NCBI GenBank assembly: GCA_963811105.1
Contig: CAWEPZ010000008.1
Location: 54,936 to 118,935, forward strand
Reading direction: 5' to 3'
DNA from: Candidatus Bathyarchaeota archaeon
GTDB lineage: Archaea > Thermoproteota > Bathyarchaeia > Bathyarchaeales > Bathycorpusculaceae
Length of the DNA stretch: 64,000 nt
Part shown: one piece after another, positions 59,834 through 64,000 of the stretch
Position numbering within the stretch: the stretch's first letter is position 1
Layout of the letters: the number at the start of each line of letters is the position of its first letter
Notes under the pieces: model-generated
Database searches by the model: none
What the model was told of the DNA's origin: nothing
The model's input: the letters and a program-made list of their open reading frames with translations, nothing else
Translations under genes and position numbers: made by a program

Positions 59834-62648
59834 TCAAGACTTGACCTGCCTTGCAGGGGGCGCTTGCGCGCCGCCCCCCTTCGAACTGGCGATCTTGTGT
59901 AACCGGTCGACGCGCTTATTGACCATCGAACTCACCTTTTCCTTTAGCTTATCGGAAGAGATATTTTTGCTGCGCAATGCAGCGACCTGGTCTGCCAGCG
60001 ATTTGTCTCCAAGCATCGTGAACCAGTTTTCAAAGTCGCCCTCTTCAACATGGAACTTCACTGAAGATGACTCGATATTCTTCACGCTGGCGGCAAGTTC
60101 ATCCAAGCTTTTTGAGGTAACGCCGAGAGATTGCCCGTAATCCCTGTAGAAAGTAAAGTCCTTATCGGGTGTTACCGTTCTAAGGGCGTTGGCGGCCTCG
60201 CCTCCTTCAACTTTTTCGCCCTCGCGATTCAGTAGCTTGTACAGTCGTACTTTGGCAAAGTCTGTCATGACAAAGAGGAGCAACGCATAACCCCACACGA
60301 GTGCGGCTAGCCCCCAGCCCATGGCGGGAAGCAGAATACCGTACACAGTAATTATTGTAGCGGTAATTTGAGTAGCTATAACTGCGAATAGAAGTGGGTT
60401 TGCCGGTTTCACTGACCAAAAGTGACCCTTAGTCCTCGCGACAAATACGGTTAAATGTCCTGCCACTGAGAGCTTCAGGTAAATAAACGATTGAAGCACT
60501 AACGGGTTTAACTTCAGCACATTCAGTCCTATATAGAGAATTCCAAAGGACGAGAAAACCCCGATTATCCCAAGAAACGTCGCTATCCCCAACAAAGTAC
60601 GCATGTCCCATTTCTCAGGTTTATCCGAGTATTTCACGTTGTCATAAGCTATCGTCATGATTGGCAGGTCATTTAGAAGCGCCAACAAAACAAGCATCAA
60701 GGCAGTAACAGGGTAAAACTGGAAAATGACGATTGAGGCAGTCATAAAAAGCAGTACCCGTATGGTTTCGGCGATGCGGTACGTGCAATAATTCGTCATT
60801 CGCTGGAAAATCTTGCGACTCTCTTTAATCGCATCAATAATAACAGAAAGCCCCGGCTTAGTCAGAACTATGGCCGCTGCGGACTTTGCAGCGTCGGTCG
60901 CACCTTCAACAGCAATACCAGCGTTAGCTTTCTTCAAAGCAGGCGCATCATTAACACCGTCACCAGTCATCCCCACAATATGGTCTTTTTCTTGGAGCAA
61001 CTCAACAATTCTGTACTTATGCTCAGGAAAGACCTCCGCAAAACCTTCAGCCTCTTCAACCACGCGCTGAGCTTCACTGTCAGGTTTATCCAAAAAAGCA
61101 GCCGGCAACACAATATCGTTTCCAAGGTTTACTTGGGTTGAAATCTCTTTGGCAATAGCTATGTGGTCACCGGTGACCATTTTCACGCTAACACCCATCG
61201 ATTGTGCGGTCTTTATTGTTTGGGCTGAATCTTCCCTTGGCGGGTCAAACAAAGCGATTAGACCCACAAATTGCCACGTGTTCTCAGTTTTAGTTCGAGC
61301 TACGCCAAGAGCCCGGTACCCTTTCTTAGCGAATTCATTAACATCTTGCGTCAATTTGTCGTTGATTGATTTCTTATCTTCGATCAAAGCCAAAATCGCT
61401 TGAGGCGCTCCTTTAGTTACCTTAAGCTGGCTTCCATCTTCTCCTTGCACTGTTGCCTCTGTTCTCTTTATGACTGGATCGAAAGGCTTAAAACCGGTTA
61501 CTTTGATGTGTTCAATTTTAGCTGCAATAACGGGTATGCTCTTGGTTTTAGTCAAGATTGCTTCGTCGATAGGATCTTTATCTTCTTCTCGTGAAGCGAG
61601 CGCACTGTATAGCAATACGTCATTTTCTGAGAATCCGCCATAAGGTTTAGTTCCTCCCATCGTGAGCGCGTTTTTGGTGATAGTGCCTGTTTTGTCTGAG
61701 CACAGCACATCCATGCTTGCCATTTCCTCAATCGCAACCAATTTGCTAACTATGGCTTCCTTTTTGGCGAGAGCTATAGCGCCTACGGCCATGGTTACTG
61801 AGAGAACTGCGGGAAGTGCTGCAGGTATTCCAGCAACAGTTAAGATCAATGCAAACTGAATGATGTCTAAGATGTTTTGGCCTCGAAAAACCGAGACTAA
61901 AACGATTACGATTACGAGTCCTATCGCTAGGAAAATCAGGTAATCACCTATTTTGCCGATTGCTTTTTGGAAGTGGCTTGGGGTTTTGGCTATCTCTACG
62001 AGTTTGGCGGTTTTGCCGAAAAAGGTTTTTGAGGCGGTGTTGACTACGAGAGCGTTCATTTCGCCTTGTTTGACGATAGAGGATGCGTATCCGATATCGG
62101 AGAGATGTTTTTCTACAGGGAGAGATTCGCCCGTTAGTGCAGATTCGTCGGTTAAAAGATAGTCTCCTTCAATCAGTTTTACGTCGGCTGGGATGATGTC
62201 TCCTAAGCGCAGTCGTGACAATGTCGCCTGGCACCAGTTTCTCAGCCGGCATATCTTGCCATTTGCCATCTCGTTGAACTCGTGCTTTTAGGGCTAATCT
62301 TTTTTTTAGCAGTTCTATGGCGTTGTCAGCTTTGCGTTCCTGCCAGGATCCTACTACTGCATTTACCATTAGTAGAGTTAAAATTATTGCAAAATCAGGC
62401 CATCGTTGGATGACCGCAGACATTACGACTGCTGCCTCAATCATCCATGGAATTGGACCCCAAAAATAATGAAGAAACTTTAGTAGAGGGTTAACTTTTT
62501 TCTCCTGAATTTCATTAGGACCGTATTGCACAAGTCGTTTTTCCGCTTCAGAGGAAGAAAGCCCCCCCTTGCCAGCCGAAAGTTTGCTTAATAGTTCATC
62601 AATATTGGCTTTCTTTGCCTCTTCTGTAGTTAAGGAGTCTTGACTCAT
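59834..62648 (-). CDS. Proton-efflux P-type ATPase (P3A), copy 2, with C-terminal DUF5752-like domain; +1 frameshift near 62216
   Basis: VPGDIV[+A]RLRLGDIIPAD junction, CSDKTGT and GDGVNDAPAL. The tail reads F.FY...G......SLDEL......SVKFH...GDFENW...LGD..LA. Confidence 0.92.
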
Positions 62649-63967
62649 GCATTGACACTCTTAATCAGTTTTGTCATTTCCTTCTTAAGTTCATCAAGTC
62701 TTTTTTGGTCTCTTGCCTCTATCGATAAGCGGAGTATAGGCGATGTGTTTGATGCTCTGATCAGAGCCCACGAATCTGGAAAAACAATTTTGACGCCGTC
62801 AATTGTATCTGTGTTTTTGTATATCTCCACTGCCTTTGTTTTTATCTTGTCTACAACTTGAAACTTCGTTTCGTCAGAGCACTTTATCTCGATTCTTTCG
62901 AAAAGCCTCGACGGCAACTCTTTCACGGCTTCTGACAGTTTCTGCCCCATTTTTGAGACTATTTCCGCCATGTACATACTGTTTATTATCGCATCATCGA
63001 ACCAGAAGAACTTTGGAACACATATGTGTCCAGATTCTTCAACACCAATAACAGCTTTGTGTTTCTTGGTTTCCTGCACCAAAAACGTGTGCCCAACTGG
63101 TACTCGAAACACTTTTTCCCCATATTTCTTAACCTCGTCCTCTATGATGTCTGAACATTCAATGTTGGCGACGACAGGACCCCTTTGAGTTTTCATTATG
63201 TCCCTGATGAAGAGGATCGCACTTTGCTCAGTCATAATGACTTTGCCTGTGTCATCAACGAAAATAGCTCTGTCGCCATCGCCATCAAACGCTATTCCGA
63301 GATCTGCCTTCTCAGAAACAACCTTCTTACACAGAGCGGTCAACGCTTCTGGTTTCGGTTCAGGGTCTCTGTTCGAGAACGTTGGGTCGGGCCAATCAAA
63401 AAGGAAAGTAGCTTTGACACCGATTTTCTTGAGTATCTTCGGAACCAAGAGACAGGCGGCCCCGTTTCCGAAGTCAGCGACCACACTTATTTTCTCTGGT
63501 TTTATTTTCTCAGCCACGAAATTAGCGTATTCTGTGTCCATTCCCTCTATTTTCCTCGATGTTCCTGTGCCTGTTTTAAAGTTTTTTGAGGTGCTTATCT
63601 CTCCCAGTTTTTTGTTTTCGTCTTCGAAGAAACCGACGCCGTCTTGATGGAAGAATTTGACTCCGTTCCACTCCGCCGGCAGATGAGACGCTGTTATGTA
63701 AGCGGTTGCATCATTTTTCATTTTCCAGTTGGCAAAGACACAGAGACTCGCAGGACAGGTTCCGACCAGATTCGCGTTTGACCCAGTTTTTTTCAGTCCT
63801 GAAACGAATGCTTCCTCAAGTTGAGCTCCATGTTCTCTGAAGTCTCGTCCAATGGTGAAGGTGCCAGGGCACAAGGTTCCGGCTGCTTCACCTATTCGAG
63901 TCATAATCTCTTCCGTCAAGTCTTTACCATAAATTCCTCTTATGTCGTAAGCTCTAAAAATACCCAT
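62645..63967 (-). CDS. Phosphoglucomutase/phosphomannomutase family protein
   Basis: IFRAYDIRG, TASH, FDGDGDR, EESGH and RASNTSP motifs. Confidence 0.95.
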   Translation of the reverse strand: MGIFRAYDIRGIYGKDLTEEIMTRIGEAAGTLCPGTFTIGRDFREHGAQLEEAFVSGLKKTGSNANLVGTCPASLCVFANWKMKNDATAYITASHLPAEWNGVKFFHQDGVGFFEDENKKLGEISTSKNFKTGTGTSRKIEGMDTEYANFVAEKIKPEKISVVADFGNGAACLLVPKILKKIGVKATFLFDWPDPTFSNRDPEPKPEALTALCKKVVSEKADLGIAFDGDGDRAIFVDDTGKVIMTEQSAILFIRDIMKTQRGPVVANIECSDIIEDEVKKYGEKVFRVPVGHTFLVQETKKHKAVIGVEESGHICVPKFFWFDDAIINSMYMAEIVSKMGQKLSEAVKELPSRLFERIEIKCSDETKFQVVDKIKTKAVEIYKNTDTIDGVKIVFPDSWALIRASNTSPILRLSIEARDQKRLDELKKEMTKLIKSVNA

Positions 63968-64000
63968 TTTCCGTCACACACTGCTTTCTTTAGGGATATG

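Noticed and set aside
62205-62225. Programmed frameshift in ATPase copy 2 (also at 2192 and 9549)
   Set aside because: No convincing slippery site with a stimulatory structure; single-base sequencing error or mutation is simpler.
1-64000. CRISPR array, diversity-generating retroelement, retron or IS element
   Set aside because: No regularly spaced short repeats and no reverse transcriptase, transposase or cas motifs were seen. The 125-bp repeat differences are not adenine-specific.

Overview
Archaeal chromosomal window, most likely Bathyarchaeia (TACK). This assignment is an inference from the expanded PQQ-like beta-propeller surface proteins, class III pilins, stand-alone 5S rRNA, DUF1512 and a Cren7-like gene. 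There are four blocks. (1) 1-21.2 kb: two convergent paralogous beta-propeller surface proteins bracket a type IV pilus locus. It contains a KaiC-like ATPase, an assembly ATPase, two TadC-like proteins, a HerA-like ATPase and five pilins, two of them giant pilins with InlB-B-like repeats. Three pilin genes share an upstream motif. (2) 21.4-28.3 kb: housekeeping genes (map, DUF1512, 5S rRNA, radical SAM, tRNA-Ile). (3) 28.3-33 kb: an integrative-element-like module abutting the tRNA 5' end. An atypical tyrosine recombinase (first catalytic Arg replaced by Asp) ends a coupled operon headed by two divergent, paralogous ribbon-helix-helix (RHH) genes, with mirror-image promoters and paired operator-like palindromes (CI/Cro-like switch). 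(4) 33-62.6 kb: an accessory, stress-related region. It holds a complete urease operon divergent from urea-transporter and Amt genes across a 47-bp palindrome, an aquaporin, two H+-efflux P-type ATPases, CBS and PRC-barrel proteins, gene fragments between 125-bp direct repeats, and several eukaryote-type domains (DCD, eL22-like, C2H2). Several single-base frameshifts may be sequencing errors. All family calls come from motif recognition by eye, without database searches.
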